A stretch of DNA of 64,000 bases, from positions 216,194,001 to 216,258,000 of the forward strand of contig OZ024742.1 in the NCBI GenBank assembly GCA_964016885.1, read 5' to 3'. The position numbers and the translations under genes are program-made. Source of the stretch: Eledone cirrhosa. Its lineage: Eukaryota. The notes below the pieces were generated by a model, which made no database searches, was not told the origin of the DNA, and saw only the letters and a program-made list of their open reading frames with translations. Below, piece by piece: positions 28,381 through 41,946 of this stretch; the first letter of the stretch is position 1; each line of letters starts with the position of its first letter.

Positions 28381-28902
28381 TGTACATGTGTGTGTGTGTA
28401 GGAAATGAGACTGTGTTTATAATTCGGACGGGGTGTAAATATTGAGGTAACAAAATCAGATGAGAGAATTACGAGGGATTTACATTGTTAATATTTACTT
28501 TTCCATATTTATTTCGTATAATTATCGATTCTCAAGAGAGTCGATGGGAACTTCGGAAATATCAGAGATTAGGAGTAGTTTTGTCTTCTTTTTTCTAATG
28601 AAACTTAAAATGCAATGCAATTAGATGCTATAGTTAATTAGTAATGTTACTGTATACCTATTTTAACAGAAATTATCGGTTGCCAATGTGCATTAATCTG
28701 TTATATTGACTTTCCTTTGATGAATGAAAGCAGATTCTTTTTATTTTCACCAACATTAGCTTTTCTGACAGCATATGACCTTTTCTTTTATCTGATTTGA
28801 TACCAGATCGTACCTTGGTTAGGGTGAAGAAGAAAGTGTGTCATTCTTTCCAATGGATTGTTTTCAATGTAGGTGTCAAATCATAAAATGTATTGAAATA
28901 AT

Positions 28903-29090
28903 TGTTTCTACTTTTGGCACAAGGCCAGCAATTATCCAGTACATTACTGGTACTTTATTTTATCGACCCCGTAAGGATGAAAGGCAAAGTTAACCTTGGC
29001 GTGATTTGAACTCAGAATGGCAAGGGGCGTAACTCTATGCGTCAAAGCATCACGTCCGACCCTCTACCGATACTGCCAATCCACCGCCCC
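28903..29090 (-). mobile_element. SINE family A with 17-bp TSD
   Basis: Consensus. AAATGTATTGAAATAAT at 28886 and 29092. Confidence 0.92.
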
Positions 29091-29689
29091 CAAATGTATT
29101 GAAATAATAGTATAGAAATAGTAATCGAATTTCCCTCAAATCATATCCTACATTCTAAGCAATAGAATTCTCAATGGTTTTGTGTGACAGGGATACATTT
29201 AATCATATGGCTTCACATCAACAATTATTCAATAAAATATTAATTCTGTCTGTTAATTTTTGTATCATTTCAAACTATTTGATTAAATGTAGTTGACATA
29301 ATACTTCGTTTAGGTGCAGAAAATCTATTGAAATGATCTCATTCTAGCTTTTAATTATATCAAACCAGAAACAATTAACTATTTTACATCAGGAACATTT
29401 CGCATAATCAAACAATTACAACATTTTTGTTGGATTATTTCTTGCTTCGCAAATATTAACCATATTACACCACGAAGCATTCGCAACACAGTTAACATAC
29501 CATATAATTTTCCTTTTTATTTATAGTTTAGACTTCAAATATATAACTAACTATGCATGTACCCTAATAAGATATTGATGCTTTTTTGTATTTTTGTCTC
29601 GTCGGAGCTCAGTCCTAAATATACAACATAAATAGCAATAGCATTTCAGATATTAGTCTTTTAACTACAGATATATTTAGATAGACACG

Positions 29690-29850
29690 GACCTGTTGTA
29701 AAGCATTTCGCTTCGCAAACGTGGCGTTTTGGATTCCATCCCAAATCTGAGATAGATTGAACAAAATATGTTTCATCATAGCCTTCAGTTGACCAATAAT
29801 TTATAAGTAGAATTTGGCAGACGCTAAACTGTCTTGAAGCCAGTCATATG
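29690..29850 (+). mobile_element. Old tRNA/CORE-type SINE remnant
   Basis: Decayed tRNA head and ...ATAGCC...GACCAA...GAATTTGGCAGACG...AAACTG...GAAGCC body, ending in a TA tail. Confidence 0.45.
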
Positions 29851-29875
29851 TATATATATACGTCTATATATACAC

Positions 29876-29928
<53 letters not shown>

Positions 29929-29929
<1 letters not shown>

Positions 29930-30651
29930 ACAAGTTAATATAAATTAATATATGATAAACACTAATATAATCATATAAGTGTTTGTATTGTAAATGACCA
30001 AGTTAGCTAAATTGAAAAATACTAATTAGATTAATACAGTTTGCCTGTCTCGATTTAAAATAATAAATCAATAAAAATAAATCCGTATTGGCAATAACCG
30101 TGATACCTGAACAAATTTAAATTTCAAAACCCAAACCTGTCCCGTAGACAAATTTAAATTTCAAAACCCAAATAAGTTTCGCAACGATAATTGAAAAAGT
30201 GAAAAATTCCATTTCCTGTGGTCATCGGCAGGTATCCAGAAAATTGGTATGTTTCACCTCGAAATACTTAGGAGGACTGATAGGCAAGTGTTAACGCACA
30301 TTGTTTTCCAGCTCCTAGCTATCCCCATACTCGTGCTGCTAGAAATAAGAGCCGTTTTTATGAGATTAAAATTTAGCTCAACAAAAGGAGCCGTTAATAC
30401 TATATATAGAGTTATAATCTCAAACAGTCTTTTACAATTAATTAGCTCAAAGAAAGAAGTATTTCTGAGCCGTGAAATACAAGTTAATATAAATTAATAT
30501 ATGATAAACACTAATATAATCATATAAGTGTTTGTATTGTAAATGACCAAGTTAGCTAGATTGAAAAATACTAATTTCACGGCTCAGAAATACTTCTTTC
30601 CTTGAGCTAATTAATTAATTATAAAAGACTGTTTGAGTTACTCTATATATA

Positions 30652-30655
<4 letters not shown>
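29929..30655. mobile_element. Non-coding element with a direct repeat and a terminal inversion (PLE pseudo-LTR architecture)
   Basis: 29929-30027 repeats at 30478-30576. 30576-30655 is the reverse complement of 30398-30478. (TA)n on both sides. The internal part is similar to 41690-41835. Confidence 0.7.
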
Positions 30656-30704
<49 letters not shown>

Positions 30705-30709
<5 letters not shown>

Positions 30710-31700
30710 TATGAAGAGAGAAGAAACATTTAGATATAATTAGTAATAAAATGTATCATACCTAAACTGCTCCTAAATTCCTCGACTACGTAGTTTCGTG
30801 GCATAAACAAAAACAATATATCAAAGATATAGAGTCCTTGCGAGGTCTGCCGACTTATCAAGAGGATACCTCATTTTACTAGTCTCAAGAACGCGTCTAC
30901 ACGACGTGAGAAAGAATCCCAAAAGGCGGAGGGGAGATAGTCACGCGATATAACAGTCGAGAAACAGAGCTAAGCCTCTTATAACCACGAAGAAAATACC
31001 ACGGAGGCGGAGGGGGCATTCATATCGAGGCCGTAGAAGAGGTTGTGAAGAAGGCGAGAAGTATGAGTAATGGAAGCTTTCCAGTTGTCCCCACACTTCA
31101 AAGATTGCTCGACCAGAGGGAGTTATTAACAATATATTTAGAAACACACAGATACATGCGGACACTCACATATATACATGAATGCATCCGCACCCAACTG
31201 TGAGTTAAGGGTGCCAACTTCACCGATGTTGCTCAATGAATGACTGGGACAGACCAATTCAGTTGAACTAGACTGAACCAGTATCAGAGTTAAAAATACA
31301 TTATGAAGAGAGAAGAAACATTTAGATATAATTAGTAATAAAATGTATCATACCTAAACTGCTCCTAAATTCCTCGACTACGTAGTTTCGTGGCATAAAC
31401 AAAAACAATATATCAAAGATATAGAGTCCTTGCGAGGTCTGCCGACTTATCAAGAGGATACCTCATTTTACTAGTCTCAAGAACGCGTCTACACGACGTG
31501 AGAAAGAATCCCAAAAGGCGGAGGGGGAGATAGTCACGCGATATAACGGTCGAGAAACAGAGCTAAGCCTCTTATAACCACGAAGAAAATACCACGGAGG
31601 CGGAGGGGGCATTCATATCGAGGCCGTAGAAGAGGTGGTGAAGAAGGCGAGAAGTATGAGTAATGGAAGCTTTCCAGTTGTCCCCACACTTCAAAGATTG
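30705..31700 (-). mobile_element. Two ~400-bp near-identical direct repeats (period 592 bp), each with a hammerhead motif; retrozyme or PLE pLTR-like
   Basis: 30705-31107 matches 31297-31700. Minus strand reads TCCTC-TTGATAA-GTCGGCA...TGCCAC-GAAACTACGTAGTC-GAGGA at 30779-30866 and 31371-31458. Confidence 0.75.
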
Positions 31701-31758
31701 TAATTCCGTCGGAAAGATCCAGGAAAAAAGAGTGCTCTATGTAGGTTACAGAGCTTAT

Positions 31759-32053
31759 TAGTTATGTAATAAACAACATAAAATAATGATTTCATTTACC
31801 AGTGGTCTCCTGAAAGCAACTAAAATTGTTTTATCCATCAGAATGAAAAAATCCTGGTGTCTTTATTGACAGTGGATTTGAAAAACAAAAACAAAAATAT
31901 AACAGATATATCTGTTATATTTTTGTTTTTCAAATCCACTGTCAATAATTACACCAGGATTTTTCCATTCTGATGAATGAAAGCAATTTTGGTTGCTTTC
32001 AGGAGACCTCTGGTAAATGAAATAATTATCTTATGTTGTTTATTACATAACTA
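31759..32053. mobile_element. ~295-bp fold-back element with a hammerhead motif in each arm
   Basis: Arms are inverted about ~31908. Plus strand reads CATT-CTGATGA-A-TGAAAGCAA ttttgg TTGCTTTCA-G-GAGAC-CTCTG-GTA-AATG (31966-32019). Confidence 0.75.
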
Positions 32054-32299
32054 TATATATATATATATATACAAATATAAATTTAGCGAGAATCGCATTT
32101 TGGAGGGTAGAAATTAGCGAAAAGCAACTTCCATATTGTGCAGACGAGCGCTCCATGGATATGAAGAAGAAGATACTAGAGCTATAAACATAAGTTAAAA
32201 TGGTCATACAGGCTGATACGATGGTTAAGAAGCCATTAACCACCATAGCCAAAAAAGCGAACAAGCTAAACGGGTCAAACAAAATGAGATATGATTGAA

Positions 32300-32449
<150 letters not shown>

Positions 32450-33630
32450 TATTACTTATGTATATGCATACACATTTTCCTATAAGTATTCTCTTGAGAT
32501 AGTTGTTCTGAGTCGTGTTAGGCATTCTCTCGTGAATAGTAGTGTAAAAAATGCAGTGAGAGAGATGGGTGGCGGGGAACCTGAGCTATGTATATAGGCA
32601 GACACATCATGTAGTGAAGTGATAATTAACATTTGATATTTCGGAAGGTGCCATATTGATTCCATTAGTCGTGGTGAGTAATAGTTTATTCTTTGACAAT
32701 ATGAATGGTCACCTGTATAATATCAACAGATTATAGTTGCAACTTTTCATATTATTACTGTAATAATATCGTAAATAGTATATTTGTGGTTTTGTAATTT
32801 CGATGAAATAGGGATTATCTGAAATTTCATATAAAACCAAAATGCTATATCCTGATGACGTGCAGCACGTACTTATATTAGTTTGTGTGTTTGCCACAAT
32901 GTTTAATCTGAACATAATATATTTAGTAGTTGCAATAGGAAATGTTTGGTGAATTCGGTCTGCGATTCATTGTGACTTCATAGATTATTGTGATTTGCAT
33001 TAACAAAAGATTGATACCAGTGAGATATAGCTGATATTTTTTGAAGATCAAGCGGGCATCTAGATGTGTTGCTAGTGCCTCATTAATAGATAATGAATGA
33101 CATAATTGTTTTGTTTCCATGGGATGTGTCAATGATAAAATGATAAGTGTGTCAGCTACGAACTATTGACATAATAAATCAAGATGAAATGTTGCTTATC
33201 ACTCCTCTTCAAACAGAGCTAAGAGGTGTTTTATGCAGTCTAATGTACTTCTGATACATTCAACACCGGTATATGGCTGATATTTAGTTCCGACATCTTG
33301 AAATAAAAAGTTTTTCGTTAGCGAGATTTGAACACTTTAACATAGACGTGCCCAACACGAAATACGGTACACAGATCTGCCGTAAGAAACATAACCACGT
33401 TTAATAGACATTAATAATGTCCCAGTTTATGGCTATTAATTCAAATCAGAGAGGTTGTTTGACAGAAACGAAGTAGTTCAAAATAAATAAATGGTCGCTT
33501 GATTTTATGAAATCGATAATTTTTACCTGCAGTGTACTGTAGATCTAATTTATAGTGCAGTATTTATCTGTGCGTGTACTATGGCCATGAAACAAAATTG
33601 AAATTGGTCTTAGAATAAAAAGATTTATAC

Positions 33631-33753
<123 letters not shown>

Positions 33754-33767
33754 CATACATATATATA

Positions 33768-33840
<73 letters not shown>

Positions 33841-34157
33841 ATATACACACGCGCATATATATATGTACAGAGATATGATATATATATTTATATGTAGTGT
33901 GGGTGTGTTTATATGTGTGGTCATGAGTGTGTACATGTGTGTGTACATGTGTGTGACTGTGTGTGACGGTGCGTATGTGATTCTGTTAGGAAACAAGAAA
34001 TATATATGACTGTACAGATATGTTATGCTTACGGATAATATAAAGAAAAGACAGGCTGCATTGCAAAAATAACAAGAATTATTGTTCCTGAAGAACATAA
34101 TTCTTTTATTTGGGAATTTACCTGCTTTGTTTGATACGATAGCTTTGATACTGACGA

Positions 34158-34335
34158 TAATTGTTTCTACTTTTGGCACAATGCCAGCAATTACCGAGTA
34201 CAATACTGCTGCTTTATTTTATCGACCCAGTAAGGATGAAAGGCAAAGTTAACTTCGGCGGGATTTGAACTCAAGACCGTAAAGGGACGTAACTATGCTG
34301 GAAAGCATGGCGTCCGACTCTCTACGGATACTGCA
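34158..34335 (-). mobile_element. SINE family A
   Basis: Consensus. TGACGATAAT on both flanks. Confidence 0.88.
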
Positions 34336-35849
34336 ATGACGATAATGAGGACGGTTCAGAGATCTTAGCAACTGTGTAGTGGTACTCACTTTGTTAATAT
34401 CGCTGCAACTGGTGGTGTGGTTAGGGTGCGATAATGATGGTGGTGGTGGGCGCGGGTGGGGGTGAATGTGATAGTTATAATGTGAGAAGATTAATGGTTT
34501 CACTACAGTAGTTGCGGCTTCGGTGGAATGAGGTGAGGAAATAACTACCACACAAACACGGGAAATTCTAAAGACTAAGTTTGTATATGTATCAATATGA
34601 CGATATATATGTATTGCTCTATTTGGAGATGGGCATGTGGCCGGTATTGCCAATAATATATATATATATACCCATTAATTGACTGCTTTCCTTTCTTTCG
34701 CAGCAAAGAGAACTTGATGAGAATGTTCTCACTTTGTATCTTAAGTAAGAAGAAATCTATTACATTATTATTATATTCTTTTTACTATAAATTTGTTCAA
34801 ATTTGAATTTCCGTTAGATTTTGCTGGTAATATTGTAATATTTCCGCTCTCTTTTGTTTCTTTAATATGAAATACACCGAGTTTATTTAAATTAAAATCT
34901 TCCTCTAAAACAAAATATATCAGGAAAGAAATGTAGCCTGAGTAAATATATTAATTTGTTAAAAACCACAATGAAAACGAAACCAATGTCGGTGCAATTG
35001 AGAGTAAAATTTGTATAACGAAAGCATATGATACAAGAAAATTCATCATCTTCAAGAGAAGAGTTTGAAGCTGATGAAATAGGATTAGAAGACCAATATA
35101 TATATACAGCCAGAGAGAGAGAGAGAGGCGACGAGAGAGAGAGAGAGAGAGGGAGAGAGAGAGGGAGAGAGAGAGGGGGAGAGAGAGATGGGTAAAATAA
35201 GGTACTGTGGAATAGAGTGTGGAAAATGAAGTAAACCAGATTGCGTTTCATCTAGGATACATAACAGTGAGAACTTGGCTGGTTATAATTAATTGGCCTG
35301 TATTTACTGTATGCAAAAGGGCATCCCCACAAATATTCATCAGTCAAATTTCGATATAGAATATATATATATATATATATGAGTGTGTGTGTATTTATAT
35401 GTGTTTGCGTGTGCATGTGGTTGTACGCATGCATACATATATTTGTGTATATTTCTTTATATGTATGTTTTTTCATGTGGAAACCGATATAATTTCTCGT
35501 TCCCAGAATAGTACGAAACCCCCCAATACTTTTGACTGTAAATATTCACCAATTATTAACAAACTTTTCTTTATATTTTTTAGGTAAATGTAGTTCAAAC
35601 ATTTTCTGTCTTATATCCGAATTGGTAAGTTTTCAATTTAATTAGTAGATATTGTTTGTTCATCTCTATATTTCTGTTTCTGACTAACTCTAACCTAACC
35701 AAGCAAACCTATATTCCTCCTTCCATGATAAGTATAAGAGCTGCCTTAACCAATGTATACTTGATTAAGTCAATATGGTAAGATTTGAGATAAATTTGTT
35801 AGCTCCCCACGTACAGGTTCCCACATTGCACTATTTTATCTGTAATAAA

Positions 35850-36600
35850 AATCTGATCTGTGATAAAAATAGTAGTAAATTTATGATTATGCAAGCATGG
35901 CAGACCGAAACTAGCAATAGTTGACCATTTGACTGATGAAGTTACTTTAACATAATTTATGGACTTTTAGTGAAACCATATGACCTACTAGTTTGACTGT
36001 AGAACTCACGATCATATGGTCGGAAGTTGGTCTTTATGACAGAGTGATGCGTTGGGTACTTTAACAAGGCTCTTGATTTCACGTTGTTCCTGTTGATGCA
36101 GCTGACACATTTTACAGCTGACACAAGGGCAATAGATATGCCTGATTAAACGAGGACAAGCTCCGGGGTCCATTTAACTTCAGCTCCATGTTTATTTATC
36201 CTCCTTGAAACCAAATTATAAACATCACTTTATATTAGTTCAAATGCATTATTCTGCATTTAAATTCTGAGCACGTTGTAGATTAGGGAAATATATCTTC
36301 ACTGACTCAATTAATTATGCTGTTAATGTATGCCTCCCTATTTCTTTAGTTCTTATATCACCAATCAAGAGCATTTATTCTATTCTATGATAAACGCTTA
36401 TAAAAGCATTAAATTAATTAGAAAATCAAGACAAGTCGTTTTGCCGCGCAAGGGATAAATTCATTTCTAATCCGACTTGCCTCCAAAATGACATGCATAT
36501 CTCAGTCATAGTGGTTACTATCCTGGTGTGGAGTGAATCCAAAGACTGAAAGCAACAAAATAATTAATGTATTTTCTTCCTGTATCAAAATGTCTATTTC
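35850..36600 (+). mobile_element. Ancient CR1-like RT remnant
   Basis: AACCATATGACCTACTAGTTTGACT resembles NYRPISLT coding sequence (~35975). FNKALD at ~36060 resembles FSKAFD. Confidence 0.3.
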
Positions 36601-36747
36601 TAAATTGTTTATCGTCAAATCTAAGCAGTATTGTAAAGACTCCATAATTAAAAAAATACAAGCAATTCACAACCGCTTAATTATTACATTCTATCAGCAA
36701 AATTACTGCCACGTGAACTAGGAAGATAAAATAGACATTATATTATT

Positions 36748-36912
36748 TGGATTGACAGTATCGGCAGAGCGTCAGGCACCATGCTTCGCAGCATAGAGTT
36801 ATGGCCCTTTAATTTTTGAGTTCAAATCCCACTGCTTTTGATCCTTATGAGGTCGGTATAATAAAGCACCTGTAATACACTGGGATAATTGCCAAAAAGT
36901 AGACACAATTAT
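36748..36912 (+). mobile_element. Diverged SINE family A
   Basis: B-box GAGTTCAAATCC and decayed body and tail. Confidence 0.75.
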
Positions 36913-37035
36913 ATGATTATCATTATTTTTGTTGCTGATGTTCGCTACGTAACATTCAAACACAAAGTCAATGTCACCGTAACTGCCAACATCAACACAT
37001 TTTACCCCATGATATCAACACCACCACTGACTGAA

Positions 37036-37225
37036 TAATTGTTTCTACGTTAGGCACAAGGCCAGCAATTACCCAGTGTATTACTGGTACTTTATTTTAT
37101 CGACCCCGTAAGGATGAAAGGCAAAGTTAACCTCAGCGGGATTTGAACTCAGAATGCCAAGGGCCGTAACTCTATGCGCCAAAGCATGGCACCCGACACT
37201 CTACCAATACTGCTAATCCACCGCC
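37036..37225 (-). mobile_element. SINE family A
   Basis: Consensus. Confidence 0.9.
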
Positions 37226-37532
37226 TTACTGCCAATCCACTGACTTAATAATAACTGGAAAACAGACATCAGCAGGAACACCACCACTACCATCACCACC
37301 ACAACCAACTACAAAAACGGCATCAACAAAAGCAATAACTGTAGTAGTATGTTCAAGGCTGGTTTCTTTTGCTGGAGTTGGTAAAACACCACAATGTTTT
37401 TGTTATATATTCTTTTCTGCAAGTTGATGTCCCCATTTCTTTTAAGTGATGTAAACCCAACACGGTATTGGTTTTCACTCGTGTATACCACAACGTCCCA
37501 ATACGTTAGGTATTTGTGGACGATAAAAGACA

Positions 37533-37990
37533 TAATTGTTTCTACCTTTGGCACAAGGCCAGCAATTATCCAGTACATTACTGGTACTTTATTTTATCGA
37601 CCCGTAATGATGAAAGGCAAAGTTAACCTCGGCGGGATTTGAACTCAGATCGTAAAGGGACGTAACTACGCTGGAACGCATTCCGACCTTTCTACCAATA
37701 CTGCCAATTCACCTCCCTATAAAAGAAATAATAATAATAATAATTGTTTCTACTTTAGGCACAAGGCCAGCAATTACCCAGTGCATTACTGGTACTTTAT
37801 TTTATCGACCCCGTAAGGATGAAAGGCAAAGTTAACCTCGGCGGAATTTGCACTCAGATCGTAAAGGGACATATTACTATGATTTCCTCACGGGGTCGAT
37901 GAAATAATGAACGTGTCACAAACTGGGGTCCATGTAATTAACTTTCCCCTCCAACAAAATTGCTGACTATGTGCCTAAATCAGAAACCAT
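37533..37990 (-). mobile_element. SINE cluster: family A at 37533-37715 and 37742-37870 (minus), plus a related plus-strand 3' half at 37885-37990
   Basis: Consensus matches. Confidence 0.85.
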
Positions 37991-38019
37991 TATTGTCATT
38001 ATTATTATTAGTAGTAGTC

Positions 38020-38770
38020 CAGAAATCCCTGGCCTGGCAGTGCTACCGAGGAGCTTTGCCAGTTCGGGTTAAACTCTACAGGCATGAAAGTGCCGTCAGC
38101 CGGCCATTTCCGAGATGCGCGCAGGGAGACGATACCGTCCTGCACGCACTCGTCCAGTGTCCGAGCATTGCTGACTTGTGGGTTTATGTTGAACACCTGC
38201 TGTCGCGTCCAGGACGGATCCGGCTATCAGCTGAGTCCATCGTGTGGAATGCCCCCGCCCTCTTCCTTTAGCCGGGAAGGGTAGGCAGTTTTTATTTGTC
38301 TGGTGGCCATGGCGAAAGAGATAGTATGGTGGACGCGTTTGAAAGGACTGAAGACGAGCACTTACCTCTTCGGTGATACCCTGATTAACTTTTTCAAATT
38401 TCATTTGAAAAGGAAAATCAGGGTAGAGAGGGAAGTACTCTCTTCCCAGCATTTTATTGAAAGATGGGTGAGAGAGGCAAGCATGTCCCAAGTGAATGGG
38501 CCTACTCTGAGTATGTGTCTGTAAATTGAAGGTGGAAAACTGGGAGAGGGTTACTTGCCCTGGTGGTCAGGGTCACCGTGGCCTTTTTAATGGGCTTTCT
38601 CCACTAATGTCCCTCTGAAGTCTCCCCCTATTGGGGAATTTTTCATTGTATCTTTATTTGATACATCGTGTGTTTCTTTTTTTTTTACACGCAGAAATGT
38701 CCTGAATTGTCCTGTATTGTCCTTAATGTGTTACTTTGTGTAAACCCTTGTGGTTAATAAAGAAAGTATT
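38020..38770 (+). mobile_element. 5'-truncated Tx1-like LINE 3' end (C-terminal zinc-finger region and 3'UTR)
   Basis: SLAWQCYRGALPVRVKLYRH...PRCAQGDDTVLHALVQC and AKEIVWWTR. AATAAA at 38756, then an ATT/TAC/TAG tract. Confidence 0.85.
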
Positions 38771-38796
38771 ATTACTACTACTACTACTACTACTAC

Positions 38797-38860
<64 letters not shown>

Positions 38861-38861
<1 letters not shown>

Positions 38862-39565
38862 CAGGCACGGGAGTGCTGTCAGACGGACCTGCCCGAGATG
38901 TGCGCAGAGCGACGAAACCGTTCTGCACGCACTCGTCCAGTGTCCGTGCACTACTGACTTGTGGAGTCATGTCGAACAGCTGTTGTCGCGTGTAGAACGA
39001 ATCCGGCTATCGGCAGAGTCCATAGTGAAGATCGACCCACCGCCTTCTTTTGGCCAGGAAGGGCAGGCAATTTTCCTCTGTCTGGTGGCAGAGTAGCGAA
39101 AGAGGTTGTATCGTGGACGAGGTTGAAAGGACTGAAGACAGACACTTTTCTCTTCGGCCAATCCCTCATCCCTTTTTCAAGTTTCACTTGGAAAGGAAGG
39201 TGAGAGTGGAGAAGGAAGTGCCCCCCCCCCCCAGTACATTTGCTGAAAGGCGGGTGAATGTGGCGAGAATGGTCCGTGTGAGTGAGCCTACTCTGATCAT
39301 GCGCCTGTAGGTGGGTGAATTTGAGGAGGATAGGGGTGCCCTTCCCGGGTGCTCTCAAAGCCTCGGGTGATTCAGGATTGGTGGGTTACCTGATTCAACA
39401 CTGAGTGGTTATCCCTCCTACTGGAGAAATTTTCCATGTTCTCTTATTGTTATTTTGTTATTGTTATTTATATTGTTTACACGTTATATATGTAAACCTC
39501 CACTGCCCCTGTCTTTTGTATTGTCCCCTATATGTCGGCCCTTCTGGCCAATGAATGAAATATTA
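38861..39565 (+). mobile_element. Second 5'-truncated Tx1-like LINE 3' end (related subfamily)
   Basis: Homologous to 38075-38525 (CPRCAQSDETVLHALVQC) with a different 3'UTR. Flanked by (TAG)n. Confidence 0.85.
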
Positions 39566-39617
39566 TTACTAGTAGTAGTAGTAGTGGTGGTAGTAGTGGT
39601 GGTGTGATGGGGTGGAG

Positions 39618-39652
<35 letters not shown>

Positions 39653-40114
39653 TTGTAGTAGTAGTAGTAGTAGTATTAGTAGTAGTAGTAGTCTAGAAAC
39701 AAATTGTTTTCACCCAAGAAATTCATAAATCGTTGATAGCAATTATTAGTTTTGACGACAGTTCAAAATAATATGTACTGGTACTCCAGCGATGTGAATT
39801 GAACCAGATCTCTTATTGTCACGAAACTAATCTGTCATCTAATGTTTCTCGTTCTCGTGTTATTAATTCCGTCTTTTTTATCATCTTTTAATTTTTTTCC
39901 AACTATATTTGGCTCTGCTTTACGGTATTTCAACGATATTTGCATATGTTCGCAAACAAAGGAACGCGATTTAATCAGCTACTAACACACACATACACAC
40001 ACAGTCTTACACAAAATCTCTCACTCAGAGCCACACACAAACAACAGATACGTGCGGGTTTATTCTAACAATCATATATATATATATATATGTGTGTGTA
40101 TGTGTATGTATATA

Positions 40115-41354
40115 TATAAGTGGAATGAATACAAAGGAGTATATACCGTTAAAACATGTTTATATAAAAATGCACCTACGTACGTTTCGCCCAAAAAGGG
40201 CTTCTCAAGAGCATAGAAAACAAAAAAAATGTTTAGTACGTGACCCAGCAGGGGCTTTAAGGTTAAATTTACATCAGAGTTCATTCTTCGTTCAAGCACA
40301 TGTGTTACTTTTGCCACAGAGCAAGGGGAGTAACTCTGGCCGGTGTTTGAATAATCGTCCCCCATGCTTTTTACCCGTTCATATGATGCTGTTTTGCGTT
40401 ATTATTTTGTGGGTGCTGCTTTACTATTGCCGATTCGAGCCGGGTCTGGGATGCATATTTGGTTTGCAGATGTTTATTTGCGCCGCCTGCCCACCGGAGT
40501 GTTATGGTTTGGGCAGGGGGACCCAGTTTATAGTTTTCATGCCACAGTCAGTTTCCACCCTAAGTAAGACACCTGTATTCGGTACCTGCAGTTTATGACC
40601 GATTCGGCTCTGCTGTTTATGAGTTCAAGGAATGTTCTTATGATATAGCAAAGTTCGATGAGGCAAAGCTCGCACTTCCTCTTGAAATTGTAGGGTGCAG
40701 CCCTGCCTACAATATCCCAGCGTGTGGAGAAGCTGATGTTGGCGTCTTTTAATGTTGTAACGTAATTGACAAGTGACGTGGAGTGTCTTAGTTTTTTGTT
40801 CCTAAAAGAGTGGAATGCGTTCGAAATATAGTTTTGAAGTGGCCAGAGGTGACCCCAATATAGTGTTTAACTCTATTATGGCTAGTTATGGTGCACCTAT
40901 AAATAACATTATCAGTCAGGCAGTTACCCTTGAGGGGGCAGCTTCCCCTGGCACGACAGTTGCATTTTCTGTCACGGTCGCTTCTACTTCCTGAAGTAAA
41001 GCTATAAATATTGCTACCTATGTTGTTATCTATGCCTCTACCTTGGTCGTTGGTACTGTTGTATCTCATGGCGTGCGGGGTAGTACCATTATCCCTCCGC
41101 ACGCCGCAGCCCGTTCCATCAACAGCATTAATCCCCAGTCTCGCCTTGGTTATATCGGTTTCGTCTGTTGGGGCTGCCGCCAATATTATTGGGTGCTGCT
41201 AGGGAGACGTTAAGGCTATTAGGGTTGTTGTCGAGTCTAGATGTATCTGTGCTAAAGTGCCGTGTTTTGGTGATCTTACTGTGATTAGTTATTCCTATGA
41301 TGTCTGGTATATTGAGGGTGGTAGAGAAGGATATTTAAATATTGTTCTTATCGA

Positions 41355-41355
<1 letters not shown>
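40115..41355 (-). mobile_element. Penelope-like element 3' part (GIY-YIG endonuclease plus pLTR with a degenerate hammerhead)
   Basis: CNCRARGSCPLKGNCLTDNVIYRCTITS...HYIGVT, then KCELCLIE. TTGAGAA-GCCC ttttt GGGC-GAAACGTACGTA at 40170-40213. (TA)n flanks. Confidence 0.88.
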
Positions 41356-41394
<39 letters not shown>

Positions 41395-41491
41395 ATATAA
41401 ATGTATAAATGTAGAACACTGGAAGGTAATATCCGTAGTGGTAAAGAACTCAGTTGTTCTCGGTTTGGTGAACTAACTGTTGTGTTACTAC

Positions 41492-41527
<36 letters not shown>

Positions 41528-41584
41528 ATGAATTATTTTACAATGGAATCAGCTCGAAGGAGGAAAATACCCCCTGAGTAGTGT

Positions 41585-41906
41585 ATAAATTAATATGTAT
41601 GTGATGAAACACAGATACCAACACATCTGTATATATATTGCAAAAGAAAAATTTAGCCAGATTGAAGTATTCTAATTATTATACTACAGCTTGTCCATAT
41701 CGATTTAAAATAATAAATCAACGAAGACGAACTGTATTGCCAAGAGGCCGTGATGTTTAGACACATTTAAATTTCAAAATCAAACCTGTTCCGTAGATAA
41801 CTTTAAACTTTAAGATCCAAATATGTTTCGAGTTAAATAAGTGTAGGAATATCATGTCATATATATACAGATGTGTTGGTATCTGTGTTTCATCACATAC
41901 ATATTA

Positions 41907-41912
<6 letters not shown>
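41585..41912. mobile_element. Element with ~55-bp inverted termini; interior homologous to 30045-30185
   Basis: 41585-41638 is the reverse complement of 41858-41912. Shared CGATTTAAAATAATAAATCAA...AAATTTCAAAA...AAACCTGT.CCGTAGA core. Confidence 0.7.

Positions 41913-41946
<34 letters not shown>

Noticed and set aside
40092-40598. 168-aa plus-strand ORF
   Set aside because: Antisense to the PLE 3' region, with no motif.
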